Shown: positions 13,061 to 26,100 of the stretch, in pieces | Position numbering within the stretch: position 1 is the first letter of the stretch | Layout: every line of letters starts with the position of its first letter | Origin: Octopus vulgaris | Lineage: Eukaryota | Reading direction: 5' to 3' | Assembly: GCA_951406725.2 (NCBI GenBank) | Contig: OX597831.1 | Coordinates: forward strand, 24,180,001-24,244,000 | DNA: 64,000 nucleotides | The notes under the pieces: generated by a model | Told to the model about the DNA's origin: nothing | Database searches by the model: none | What the model saw: only the letters and a program-made list of their open reading frames with translations | Made by a program: the position numbers and the translations under genes

Positions 13061-13650
13061 CATAAGTCATCAATAAGAAATCAGAAATCATCTTTATTTT
13101 TCCCTTTCCACTTTGTCTAATTTCCTATCAAAAACTTAGAAAGTAATTCCATGGAGAATGTCAGAATTGGCTCTCCTACTAATGAAAATTGATCCTCGTT
13201 ATTACTGCCTCACCTTCACCAATTAACACCTCAAATTGTATCACATGATCTTAAAATATCCAATGGTGATCAGCTTAACAGAAATCAATAAATAATTGCT
13301 TTTCAAGCTGAATATGACCAATGCTTCATGCCTGGCAGACATGTGTGGACTAATTAGGAATGTGTTAGCATTTTTGTGAAACTCAGAGTAATGGTTGAGG
13401 AAGTTATTAACTGCTAATGTACAAATATTTACTTCATATGATACAATGAGATATCTTTTCATTTTCCACTGACCCCAGATATATATATATATATATATAT
13501 GCTTGTGCGCGTGTGAAGCACTGCTAATGTGTGTGAGTGTGTGTATCAAAATGTGATAAAAGGTCCCTCCTAGATTCTTTGATGTTCTGGATTTATATAT
13601 GTGTGTGTATGTACATATGTGTAGATATATATATATATATATATATATAC

Positions 13651-13724
<74 letters not shown>

Positions 13725-13748
13725 GTATATATATATATATATCTATAC

Positions 13749-13810
<62 letters not shown>

Positions 13811-14269
13811 CAGAGGAGGAGGATGACGATGATGGTGGTAGTGGTGGTGGTGGTGGCAGTGGCGGTGGCAGCAGTGGAGGAAGGGGGAGGAGTAGGGAGA
13901 GGAAACAAGAGTGCTTGATGACATCGTAGAAATAAATACATTTTAGTTTGGTTGAGTCAGTTTAGAGTTCTACATGCATTCACTGAGGATCTTCAAACAT
14001 CTCATATAAGGCTACAGCTTTCTATAGCAAGTTACAACATATAAAGCTATAAATAATAGTATGTAAATATCAGATTGAAAAAATATATATATATATATAC
14101 ATATGTATTTATAGGGCATCCAGCCGTAGAAACACTGCCAGATTTGACTGGGCCTGATGAAGCCTTCTGGCTTCACAGACCCCAGTAAAACTGTCCAACC
14201 CATGCTAGCATGGAAAACGGACGCTAAACGATGATGATGATGATGATATATATATATATATGTACATTT

Positions 14270-14745
14270 AAATATTTGTTGTGCAAGATTTTTTATGTGC
14301 AGTCGTGTGTTGAAACATATTGTTGTATTTAGGAATGGTCATTTTGCCAGTTTAGCCAATAAAAACACATGCACTATATATTTGGTGTTATTTTGCTTCA
14401 TTGTTATTTATTTTTTACATTAATCTTAATCTTATTTTGGCCAGAGTTCTTTACGTCACACTCCTGTGACTGCATCAGTGGTCCTTTGTTTTCTTCTTAC
14501 TTATTTGTGTCTCTCCTTACTAACCGTAATGGCTGACGGTTAGTAAGGAGAGACACAAATAAGAAAGAAGAAAACAAAGGACCACTGATGCGGTCACAGG
14601 AGTGTGATGAAAGAACTCTGGCCGAAATAAGATTAAGATTAATATAAAAAATAAATAACAATGAAGCAAAATAACACCAAATATATAGTGCGTGTGTTTT
14701 TATTGGCTAAACTGGCAAAATGACCATTCCTAAATACAACAATAT
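14270..14745. mobile_element. Large fold-back palindrome made of a Penelope-like terminal fragment
   Basis: Arms 14317-14527 and 14536-14745, 8-nt loop aatggctg; (AT)n on both sides; 14276-14347 is similar to 22810-22880. Palindrome is certain; the Penelope assignment is inference. Confidence 0.75.
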
Positions 14746-14793
14746 ATATATATATATTTATGCATTTATATATATGTATATGTATATATATGG

Positions 14794-14826
<33 letters not shown>

Positions 14827-14844
14827 AATATATATATATATATT

Positions 14845-15183
14845 CTGAGACCCCCTTCAGTCATGACTGACCATGGGATTGCGCCTAGAAAGTTACCCTC
14901 CCAGGCACAAGTCCGGGCAAGATTGTTTATGGAAGACCAGCGGTCGCCCATGCATACCGGCCTCCCCTCTCCACGCCACCAGTGTTATCCAAGGGAAAGG
15001 CAAAGGGGCCGATACAGCTTGGTACCTGTGACATCGCAACTCATTTCTACAGCTGAGTGAACTGGAGCAAAGTGAAATAAAGTGTCTTGCTCAAGAACAC
15101 AACATGCAGCCCGGTCTGGGATTTGAACTCACAATCTCACAATCATAAGATCGATGTTCTAACCACTGAGCTAAGCGCCTTTA
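14845..15183 (-). mobile_element. SINE with head D and tail R
   Basis: tRNA-like head plus 'ttcttgagcaagacactttatttcac...ctccagttcactcagctg' (CORE-like), then a GC-rich tail ending 'gggggtctcag'; second copy at 36357-36594. Confidence 0.8.
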
Positions 15184-15550
15184 TACACCCTCATCACCCC
15201 ACACACATACATACATATATATATATATATTCAATATATTCAGATATACACTTATGTATTACCTTTACGAAGCCTTGTGAGTAGATTTGGTAGGTGGAAA
15301 CTGAAAGAAGCTTTAAAAAAATAAGTACAGGGGCCTATTTCCCTTCTAAAACTGTTAAAGTAAATGCTACAACATGGTCACAGTCTAATGATGACAGAAA
15401 GATGTAAAGGATAAAAGATGTGTGAGTATGTATATGTATATATATATATATACATACACACACACAGATAGACATACACATACATAATATGCTTATACAT
15501 GTGTGTATATATGTATATATATATATATTTATATATATATAAATACATAC

Positions 15551-15599
<49 letters not shown>

Positions 15600-15911
15600 T
15601 ACATGTATATGTATGTAGATTGTGTATATATTTGTATATGTGTGTATATATTTGTGTGTGAGAGTGTTAATGTAAGTAAATGCAAGTTATATTGACATAT
15701 CATCTAAGTTCTGTATAACATCAATTGCATTGTTTGTCCTGCTGCCTATTTGTAATGTGTTCAATGAAACGTGGTGGCATGTCCTTAAGATTGGACGGAG
15801 TATATTTCAGAGCTAATAGTCTGGAACATCATGGTGAGCAGAGATGATGGAGAGGCTACAATTTCTGTCCATGCTAAAGTACACTCTTCTCCACCTGCTC
15901 TTGTTCAGCAT

Positions 15912-15945
<34 letters not shown>

Positions 15946-16657
15946 CCTGTCCTTGGGCAAATCCTGCAGAGAAAAAAGCTACAGCTTAATAACTCCATCT
16001 CTGATTTCTGAATATGTTTTGACAGTGATGTCATGTCTCTAGGCCTGAAGAGAAGTGAACCAAAAATGAGAAACAACAAACGGAAGAAGGAAATATCAGG
16101 GAACAAATAGGAAGAAGAACTGGACGGAATGGTTGAATGGAAGAAGTAATGTGTTCAACCTCCATCTCCTTCCTTCAGCCGTTCTGTCTAAAAACAAGGA
16201 TAATTTTATAACAAAAATGAAATAAAACCGAAAATTCCTGTGTATTTAATTACGATTTACTTACCGTTTCCTATTATGTTCTCCCTGTTCTGTGTAGGTG
16301 TAGTGATAATGGTTCTGATTAAATATTGTGTGTGTATCAAAAGGTCCCTCCTAGATTCTTTGATGTTCTGGATTTATATATATGTATGTGTGTGTATGTA
16401 CATATGTACATATATGTATATATATGCCAGAGGAGGAGGATGACAATGATGGTGGTGGTGGTGGCAGTGAAGGAAGGGGGAGGAGGCTTGTGTTGCAGGA
16501 CTTGCCAGTAATGGTTGTGGGTAGTGCATGCTGTTTTGTAGGTTATAGTAATTGTTGATATATGATGTTTGTGGTGATGGTGGCGTTGATATAGCTTTGG
16601 CGATAGTATCAAGGTGGTAATTATGTTGTTGTTTAAGTCAGGTCATCTCTTATCAAG

Positions 16658-17006
16658 TACCATATTTGATGGCCTATAAGACCATATTTTACTCCAAAAT
16701 GGCTTTTAAAATCCCCCTGTGTCCAATGCACTCAATGTAGGCTCAAAACTCGATCAAAACGGTATGTATGTTTACAAAGCATGTGCTGCCATCCATTGGT
16801 GAACAAACGCCTACCGTATGTTTATATCGAATAGGGAAGCAATAAATTGCTTATAATTACTGGTAATAGTATTAAGTTATATATGTAAGTGGAGGAATTA
16901 TAACATTATTTTAGTGGTAATTTATTTTACAAAAGTATAGCCAGGCTAGGCTAGGTTAGAGTGTGTCCTATGCGCTCATGCATCTTACAGGCCATCAAAT
17001 ACAGTA
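16658..17006. mobile_element. pogo/Tc1-mariner-like MITE
   Basis: TA-flanked TIRs: ta-ccatatttgatggcctataaga / tcttacaggccatcaaatacag-ta. Confidence 0.75.
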
Positions 17007-17551
17007 TGTGTACCACTGCTTCCCAACCTATCCTACCACCAAGCCACATAATAATATTTCAGAAAAATGTATGCCCCACCAGTAGTTGAGAAAAAAGCAA
17101 CTTTATTTTTTAATATTTTATCATGATTATTTGATACTGTAGCAATATCGTTACACTCATTGCTATCTTCACTGTTTGAGAAGAGTATTAAGAATAATCT
17201 CGTTCGAGGTTACAAATATCTTCGGCTAGTTTAACATTGTTGTCATTCCACTTGTGTTCTATTGCCGCTGTATGTATTATATGGTCTGTAATATTTCATT
17301 AAGAATATGACCACGTGCGACCGTGTCTCCTATACGATACGACTGCATGTGATTCTATTTTTATAATACAAAAGAATCTACAGTAATTCTTTTATTAAGT
17401 ACTGAGTACAAAAAAAGTACATTATTGACTGAGGGAAAAAAATTTTCACAATTCCATATCCCACTAAAAAAAGAAAAGAAGAACTTTGACCCCTCGCCTC
17501 ACCCTAATTTTCCCAGGTCTCACCAGTGTGGTGTATGCCCTATGACTTGAC

Positions 17552-17795
17552 AAGGCGTAGCTGTGAGATAAGAAGCTTCCTTGCTAACCACATGGTTCAG
17601 TCCCATTGCTTGGCACCTTAGGCAAGTGTCTTCTACTATAGTCTCTTCATTTGCTGGTGTCTCAAATTTAGGTTAAATCAGTGTTTCTCAAAGGGGAGGT
17701 CTATGGGACGGTCGGACAAGTTGTTTTGAGAAAATTTGGTTTAAATGTTTGACAACTCAGCACCGTCCATTGGATGGGGGGGGGGGGGTTGCTTG
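17552..17795 (+). mobile_element. SINE A head joined to Helitron-like 3' end
   Basis: 17552-17641 matches the A head; 17642-17795 matches 3128-3281. Confidence 0.7.
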
Positions 17796-18282
17796 TTAAA
17801 TCTATATATGAAAAATCATGCCTTATGTATGCATGTAATCTTGTGAAAATTCAAGTGTTTTATGGTCAAACCAAAGCAGATTAACTCTTTTCACCAATTC
17901 CTAGAATTGTGCATTCCTTAATATTGTGGTCAGCTTTGAATGTAGTCGTAGCCTATACTGGAGTAGTTTTTAAAAATTTATCCTTATGCTCAGTTTTTTT
18001 GTAACCAGGAATATGTCTTAATTTTTCATTGAATAACTGCCTTAGATTTTGAAAAACACCCTATAAAAATGGAAAATTCTCAAGTGCCATAAATAATGGA
18101 TATGTATGCCATTTACACCTGTAATAGCTCTGGCCTCTCTACCCATTGTTACATGTCAAGCTTTCAACAGCGGCTCCATTTCAAAGACATTTTCCACCAG
18201 TCCAGCTTATTTTGCTTATAAATTCTTTGCTTTTGAACCGATTTTAAAAGCTGGACAGGATTTCTACTGGTAGTATTTTCTG

Positions 18283-18510
18283 CGGCGAGCTGGCAGAACT
18301 GTTAGCACGCCGGGCGAAATGCTTAGCGGTATTTCATCTGCCGCTACATTCTGAGTTCAAATTCCACCGAGGTCGACTTTGCCTTTCATCCTTTCGGGGG
18401 TCGATAAATTAAGTACCAGTTACGCACTGGGGTCGATGTAATCGACTTAATCCATTTGTCTGCCCTTGTTTGTCCCCTCTGTGTTTAACCCCTTGTGGGT
18501 AGTAAAGAAA
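18283..18510 (+). mobile_element. SINE family B
   Basis: Full consensus match. Confidence 0.88.
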
Positions 18511-18658
18511 TATATATTATATTGAAACAGATCCAGTAAATTTCTACTCATACAAAGTGAAATATTCCTCATTGGGATTGAACCAAAAATCATAAAGTTG
18601 CAAAGCAACTTTCTTAATTCTTAACCACTCAGCCATATAGTTAGATACTTCTCAACCT

Positions 18659-18883
18659 CAACCCATTGGTATTTAAACCGGCCATCTCAGGCCGAAATAT
18701 TCTTCATGTTCCACGTTCACACTGACCAGATTCAGCTTCTCATACTGATTCTACAATGTCATCCTAAAAATTGACACTCACATCATTGAAATCTCAAAGC
18801 AGCGAGATACTCTATGATAAATTCAAACCAGTTTGAATAAATAAGCATTATGCTTGAAAGAGTAATCTGAACATAAAGGTCAA
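18659..18883. mobile_element. Degenerate piggyBac-like MITE (second family)
   Basis: Decayed ends 'tcaacccattgg' ... 'taaaggtcaa' resemble TTAA-CCCTTT...AAAGGG-TTAA. Confidence 0.4.
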
Positions 18884-19869
18884 CCTACAACACTAAATGT
18901 GGTCAGTGATAGATTATTCCGGTATTTAGAATTTGGTCCATGATTCCAAATATCCGGATCCACCTTGTTGTTCACTTTGTTTTTCAATCCTTGCCTTGAC
19001 ATTGATTACTCAGTTGTACACTGATTCTGGTATTCACTTGTCCATCCCTTCTACAGTTCTTCTATGATTGGCGTCAGATGAATATTTTAGTTGAGTACGT
19101 AGGATGCCATAACAAAGATGACTTATCTAAAGATTCAATCTGAACACCTGATCATCATTGTTATTCAGTAATTAATTAACTTATTAAGATTATATTTCCA
19201 TAAGAGGGATTACATTCATCTCTCACATACAGAGATCCTTGTCCAACCAGTTTATCTTGTCATACAATCCTTTCGTTTAATCCCACTTAAGAACATCTGA
19301 TACACTATATTACCAGAACTGTGCAGTTTATGTTGACACTAGGTATCGTCTATCACAGTTTTTGATTGCTTCTACACCTAAATCTTGTTGTCCATTATCA
19401 TACTTAAATACCACCTGGGTTCACACTTGTAGTCAATTAAGGATGCATCTAATTCTCCGCTGTCTTCTCCATTCCTTCAACCCATTGGATGTGTCATGTA
19501 AATTAAAGCAGATTATTAGATTTACGTGAGAAATCCTGGAGAAAAGTCCATCCTGATATTGCTGCTTTTTTTTTCCCCTCTGTGATATTTGAAGTTCTAA
19601 ATTTTCACTTCCTTCACTTTATTGGTCATTTAGAAAAGAAATTTAATTTAAATTTTACATGATTAACACTCAAATTCTTTAAAAAATTCCAAATGGCTAT
19701 TGATTCTTGGTTTAATTTTAGTTTCACTTAAATCTGAAGTCATCCTAGACAAACACAAACTGTATTTAAAACTTTTTCTTTTTTTCATTAAATGATATTT
19801 CAGCTGATTTTTACAACCACTTTTTCCCTCTGTTTCAGTACATAGTGTGGTCACAAAAGCACATTAATA

Positions 19870-20070
19870 AGAAGTTTCTATATGGTCACTTGACCAGCAA
19901 GGAAAAGCAGCTAAATCATCTTCAAACCACACTTTACTATATTAAACTGAGGAAGGATTCATTGATAATTTAGTTCTTAATGTGCTATTTCTGAGAAATA
20001 GAGAGGGAGCCACGGTTCAAATATTATTCAACATGGATTGATTAGATCAGGGAGGGCCTAAAACCAAACA
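19870..20070 (+). mobile_element. Old dispersed repeat family F
   Basis: Motif 'gacc(t/a)gctagaaatagcagccaaatctc' recurs at about 1768, 5365, 37165, 38256, 38750, 48780, 48955, 59715 and reversed at about 20825, 25575, 60780; longer copies end in 'ctaaacaacaac'. Confidence 0.6.
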
Positions 20071-20113
20071 TGAACTTATAACACTATATACTAGATAACC
20101 TCTATTGTATATA

Positions 20114-20324
<211 letters not shown>

Positions 20325-20444
20325 AAAATTAATGCTTCCTAGGTTTTACTGGGTATTTCAAACTATATACTATGCAATAACATAATCAACTTTTAAGGAT
20401 AAATATAATGTCCATTTTTTAGTAAAGGTAGCAGTAGAAAAGGG

Positions 20445-20574
20445 CAGCAGCCAGAGTAGTAGTAGTGATAGTAGCAGCAGCAGTAGTAGTAGTAGTAGTA
20501 GCAGCAGCAGCAACAACAGCAACAACAGTAGCAGCAGCAGTAGTAATAGTAGTAGTAACAGCAGTAACAGCATC

Positions 20575-20619
<45 letters not shown>

Positions 20620-20707
20620 CTAGTAGTAGTAGTACTCTAGTAGTAGTGGTGGTGGTGGCAGCAGTATTAGCAACAGCAGCAGTAGTAGTAATGGTAGTAG
20701 TAGTAGT
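20445..20707. repeat. (AGT)n/(AGC)n microsatellite
   Basis: Direct reading. Confidence 0.95.
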
Positions 20708-21329
20708 CAAGTCCCTTCATATGGATGAACAGTTTTCTCTCCAGCAGTAACCACCTCACACTCCTTTTTCTATACCAACTCTTTACATGAAAACTGTATA
20801 ATGTCATTTTGAGGCAGATTCGGTCACTATCTCTAGCAAACTATGCAACCAAATTTCGTGCCAGAGAACCATTATAGACTTGAATAAATGCCGTGTTTGA
20901 CTGTTACTTTAATTTATTGATTGCGGTACAAAGAAAAGCAAGGTTGACCTCAATGGTATATGAACTGAGAAAGTAAATGCATCATTTCACAATAGTACTT
21001 AAGGGATCTCCAGCGTACTGTCCTTTCATATACTAAACATAATAATTATGTAATTTCTAACAAGGTACTAAACAGCAAATTTGGCAAGAGAGGTTGGTTG
21101 ATTAAATTGTCACCAGTGCTTGATCGATACTTTATGTTATCAACCATGAAAGGATGAAAGGTAAAGGTAACGTCTGTGGGGTATGAAATCAGAATGTGAT
21201 ACTATGTTGGGGATTTTAGACTGATGCTTACCAATTTCTACTCCATCACTAATAGACTAATAGTGATAATTATTTCTGACATAAGCTCAATAAGAACTGC
21301 CCACCACAATGGAATAGAGATCCTAAAAC

Positions 21330-21790
21330 CTATTTCTTTACGATCCACAAGGGGCTAAACACAAAGGCGACAAACAAGGACAGACAAACAGATTAAGTTG
21401 ATTACATCGACCCCAGTGCGTAACTGGTACTTATTTAATCGACCCCGAAAGTATGAAAGGCAAAGTCGACCTTGGCAGAATTTGAACTCAGAACGGAGCA
21501 GCAGACGAAATACCGCTAAGTGTTTTGCCTGTCATGCTAACGTTTCTGCCAGAAAACCAAAGTGCCATGTAAAAAGCATTAGTATGGAAGCTGGTGCCAC
21601 ATAAAAAGCACTGATGATGGTGCCATGTAAGAAGCACCCAGTACACTCTGTGGTGTGGACGCTGTTAGGAAGAGCATCCAGCAGTAGAAACCATGCCAAA
21701 ACAGCCAATAGGATCTGGCATGGCTTCAAGCCTTGCTGCCTGACCCATGCCGGCATGGAAAACAAATGTTAAATGATGATGATGATGATA
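21330..21790. mobile_element. SINE B (minus, 21330-21550) abutting a degenerate family E copy (plus)
   Basis: Consensus matches. Confidence 0.75.
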
Positions 21791-22408
21791 ATGAGGTTAA
21801 GTATAAGGGTAGTAATTTTTTTAGGGAAAGGGGTTTATTTCATATTTTTACTTGTTTCTGTTTATGGACTGTAGCCATGCTGGAGGTATCATCTTAAAGG
21901 GTTTAGTCAAGCAGTTATTTTTTTGAGTTTGGTACTTATTCGAAAAGTCTCTTTTGTCAAACTGCTAAGTTGCAAAGACATAAACAAACCAACATCAGTT
22001 ATCAAAGGTACCCACAAAGATCCATATCCATGTACTTAGAATGGGCTTCTTTTAGTCTCCATCAACTGAATTCACTCACAAGGCTTTGGTATTCCTAGTG
22101 GTATAGTAGACAACATTTGCCTAAAGTGCCACATAGTGGGACTGAACCCAGGACCAGATGGTTGGAAAGCAAACTTCTTAACCATGCAGCTATGCCTGCA
22201 CCTCTATTGGTATTAACACTCGTGTGTTATAACCATGCTATCTTAAGACATTGGTCGATGCTGTGGCACTAGTATTCTGGTGGCACAGGGGATCATTGAT
22301 ATAATTCACACACACATATATACATGTATCAAAGGGAGTGGGGGGCTACTTCCTTTGTACAATAACTAGGCTTGAAAGTATATATATAATGTTATATGTA
22401 TATATGTA

Positions 22409-22500
<92 letters not shown>

Positions 22501-22580
22501 ATATATATACATACAATATACATATACATACAATATATATATATATACAATATATATATACATACAATATATATATACAT

Positions 22581-22634
<54 letters not shown>

Positions 22635-22646
22635 ATATATATATAT

Positions 22647-22687
22647 AACTCATATAAAGAATCTTGCAAACCAAATCCCAAAACGAA

Positions 22688-22754
<67 letters not shown>

Positions 22755-22764
22755 ATATATACAT

Positions 22765-22795
<31 letters not shown>

Positions 22796-22992
22796 TTCGT
22801 TTTGGGATTTGGTTTGCAAGATTCTTTATATGAGTTTGTGTGTTGAAGCATATTCTGTTGTGTCTGGGGAGAGTCATTTTTCTTTTTGTGCCTTATAATT
22901 TTACACACTCACCTGTAAAATTTCCACTTATTCCTTATTTTTATTTTCCTAAAATTTTTGTTGCCTCTTGCAACCTTTTCTATAGTCTTGAT
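22647..22992. mobile_element. Penelope-like terminal fragment with a perfect 44-bp inverted duplication around an (AT)n spacer
   Basis: Arms 22647-22690 and 22793-22836; body similar to 14276-14347; embedded in (AT)n. Confidence 0.65.
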
Positions 22993-23382
22993 AATATATA
23001 TATATATATATATATAGTCTTGATTATATATATATAATCAAAATAAGTAACATGATGGCAAGAATTAGTGCAATACAGCCATTTCTGGTGGCACCATTTA
23101 ATTAAACAATGTAAGCATTACATCACATTCATATTTCGATATTTCTTGGAAATGAAGTTGGCACTGTATTTAAATTTATGTAATGCTAGCATTGTTCAAT
23201 TAAATGGAGCCGCTTCAAATGCTCGTATTACACTAATACTTGTCATTCTGTTACTTATTTTGAATCTATTCAACTTTCTTCAAGGTGTGCAGAAAATACT
23301 GGACTGACTTGGCGCCTCAACTTAAGAACCTAATTCAAGTGAATCTTAATTATATATATATGTTTATATATATATATATATT

Positions 23383-23689
23383 TCTTTATGTGCCCTTTTT
23401 CAAGCCTAGCCAGGATCATGGGCCTGGTTTCCATGGTGTATGTTCCCCCCCCCCCCCAGCTGGATGGGATGCCAGTCCATCACAGCGTTACTCAAGAAAC
23501 AGGAAGAAAGAGTGCAAGAAAGTTGGGGTGAAAGACTACAACAGGGAATGCTACCACCCCCTGCCGGAGCCTCATGGAGCTTTAGGTGTTTTCACTCAAT
23601 AAACACACACAACACCTGGTCTGGGAATCGAAACCGCGATCTTCCAACCGCGAGTCTTCTGCATAACCACTGGGCCATTGCACCTCCAC
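23383..23689 (-). mobile_element. SINE with head C and tail V
   Basis: Reverse complement of 24821-25135. Confidence 0.85.
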
Positions 23690-23707
23690 ATATATATTAT
23701 ATATGTA

Positions 23708-23806
<99 letters not shown>

Positions 23807-24820
23807 GTATATACATATATATATACATATATATATACGCATACACAGATAAAAGAAATTGTAATGCATTTTATTTCTATTCTGTGTAAGTTTTCTTCTC
23901 TCTTGGATTTTGAAGAATATATAATTTTATTTCACCGAATCAGAATATTATTCATTCTGCTCATAAAACAATGAGCCGTGTACTAGTAAGAATAAAAATA
24001 ATGAATAAAAACAAGAAATAAATATGCTTGAGTAATAATAACTAAAATGTTTATGAAATATCTTTAGCTTTAGGTAAAAGAAATATAATTTAGTGAGATG
24101 AGATGACATATATATTTCCAGATTTGGTCAAACGTGTTAATGGCAACAATCCATGGAAACCTCAGCCATTTCCCATCTTACATGCTATCATTATTCCATA
24201 CTTACATAATGGCCTGCTGTTACCATGGCAATACAATTACTTACAGATTCCAAATGTAATACTTACAAGGAATTATCTTCTGATATTTCGTCTTTTATTG
24301 TCATTATTAAATATGGAATCCCTATAAGATTCTCAAATCCCAGTGATTAAACTGCAGTTGGTGCTAATGATTTCAGACAGTCCATTTATGTAAAGCATGA
24401 AGAGAAGAAGATCTTAGCAATTCCTTGGGCTACTACTTCAGATTTGATGTTTGCTGTTCTAGTGAAGATGCCACTGGCAGTAAGTCCTTATTCTCCTTTG
24501 GATAAAAATTTTCTTGATCAATTCCAGAAATTATTCTTAGAATTCTTTCAACCTTTTGTTAAGTTGACATCCCCAGCATATTGAAATATCTACTCTTATG
24601 CCATCCAATAAATGCAAATATTGAGACAACATGAGAAATCAAAAGCTGCAGATCACTGAACGATTAAGTCCTGCAATATTTAATTGCCTCTAGAATTATT
24701 ACCATGCTGGACAAAATGTTTAGTGACATTTCTTCTGACTTCTGACTTTCCATTCTGAGTTCAAATCCTGCCATGGGCAACTTTGCCTTTCATCATTTTG
24801 GGGTCAGTAAAATAAGTACC

Positions 24821-25135
24821 GTGGAGGCGCAATGGCCCAGTGGTTAGGGCAGCGGACTTGTGGTCGGAGGATCGCGGTTTCGATTCCCAGACCAGGCGTT
24901 GTGTGTGTTTATTTAGTGAAAACACCTAAAAGGTCCACGAGGCTCTGGCAGGAGGTGGTGGCGACCCCTGTTGTACTCTTTGCCACAACTTTCTCTCACT
25001 CTTTCTTCCTGTTTCTTGGGTAATGCTGCAATGGACTGGTGTCCCGTCCAGCTGGGGGAGAACACATACGCCACAGAAACTGGGAAACCGGGCCCATGAG
25101 CCTGGCTAGGCTTGAAAAGGGCGCATAAAAAAATT
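24821..25135 (+). mobile_element. SINE with head C and tail V, inserted into a family B SINE
   Basis: tRNA-like head 'gtggaggcgcaatggcccagtggttaggg...ggtttcgattccc'; 9-bp TSD ataagtacc at 24812-24820 and 25143-25151; tail 'ctgcaatggactggtgtcccgtccag' resembles the V-SINE domain (recalled, unverified). Confidence 0.88.
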
Positions 25136-25251
25136 AAAAAATATAAGTACCAGTTGGACACTGGGGTTGATATAATCAACTTACCCACCACCTCCATCAC
25201 TGAACATGATGACTTTGTGCTAAAATTTGAAGTCAATATTTATTTGCCTTA

Positions 25252-25460
25252 AGGCAGCGAGCTGGCAGAAACACTATCACACCGGGTGAAATGCTTAGTG
25301 GTATTTTGTCTGCCTTCAGGTTCTGAGTTCAAATTCTGCCAGGGTCAACTTTACCTTTCATCCTTTCAGGGTCGATAAGTTAAGTACCAGTTGCATACTG
25401 GGGACAATCTAATCGACTGGCCCCATTCCCCAATATTTTGGGCCTAGAGTAGAAAAGAGT
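25252..25460 (+). mobile_element. SINE family B, alternative short tail
   Basis: B head and core then 'gactggcccccattccccaat...tagagtagaaaag'. Confidence 0.8.
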
Positions 25461-25754
25461 ATTTAATTGCCTGCTTTTGTATTTTGAGTTCAAATCCTGG
25501 TGTTCTTCTTTTTTAAGATGGTATGGTGTCATTTGGAGAAGGCTTAGCTATTTCTATTCTATTTCTATTTGAGGGCAATTTTGCTGCTGTTTCTAACAAA
25601 TCAAGTGACCCCCTAGCATGACCCTTTGATGATGTTTACAATAGAATGTATGACCAAAGATTGAAGTATTACTGACATACATGGATGGAGGATGATGTTG
25701 ACATTAGTTAAATTAATAAATGTACTATTGTTGATAGGAGAGACATTATCATTA

Positions 25755-25954
25755 GTGGCGGTGTTGGTAGTGGTGGCGGTGGCAGTAGCGGTGGTGGTGG
25801 CAGCGGTGGTGGTGGTGGTGGTGGTGGTGGTGGAACAGAGATACTAGTCGTGACAATAATAATCTTGAGAATGATAATGTTGATGATGACTATTCTTAAG
25901 ATGACATTGAAATTGATGACAATGATGACGATGATGGTGATGGTGATGATGATA

Positions 25955-25993
<39 letters not shown>

Positions 25994-26030
25994 GTGATGG
26001 TGATGATGATGATGATGATGATGATGAAGG

Positions 26031-26062
<32 letters not shown>

Positions 26063-26066
26063 GTGG

Positions 26067-26100
<34 letters not shown>

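Noticed and set aside
15791-16130. TGGACGGA matches to the 5' end of miR-184 at about 15792 and 16121
   Set aside because: Only 8-9 nt match; the rest of the mature sequence is absent
18890-19600. Possible old LINE endonuclease/RT relic (also 45990-46330 and 46720-47370)
   Set aside because: Too decayed for me to recover a diagnostic motif by eye; needs TBLASTN or an HMM search
24821-24895. tRNA gene
   Set aside because: A and B boxes are present, but the sequence runs into a SINE body with TSDs and has no proper acceptor stem; it is a SINE head
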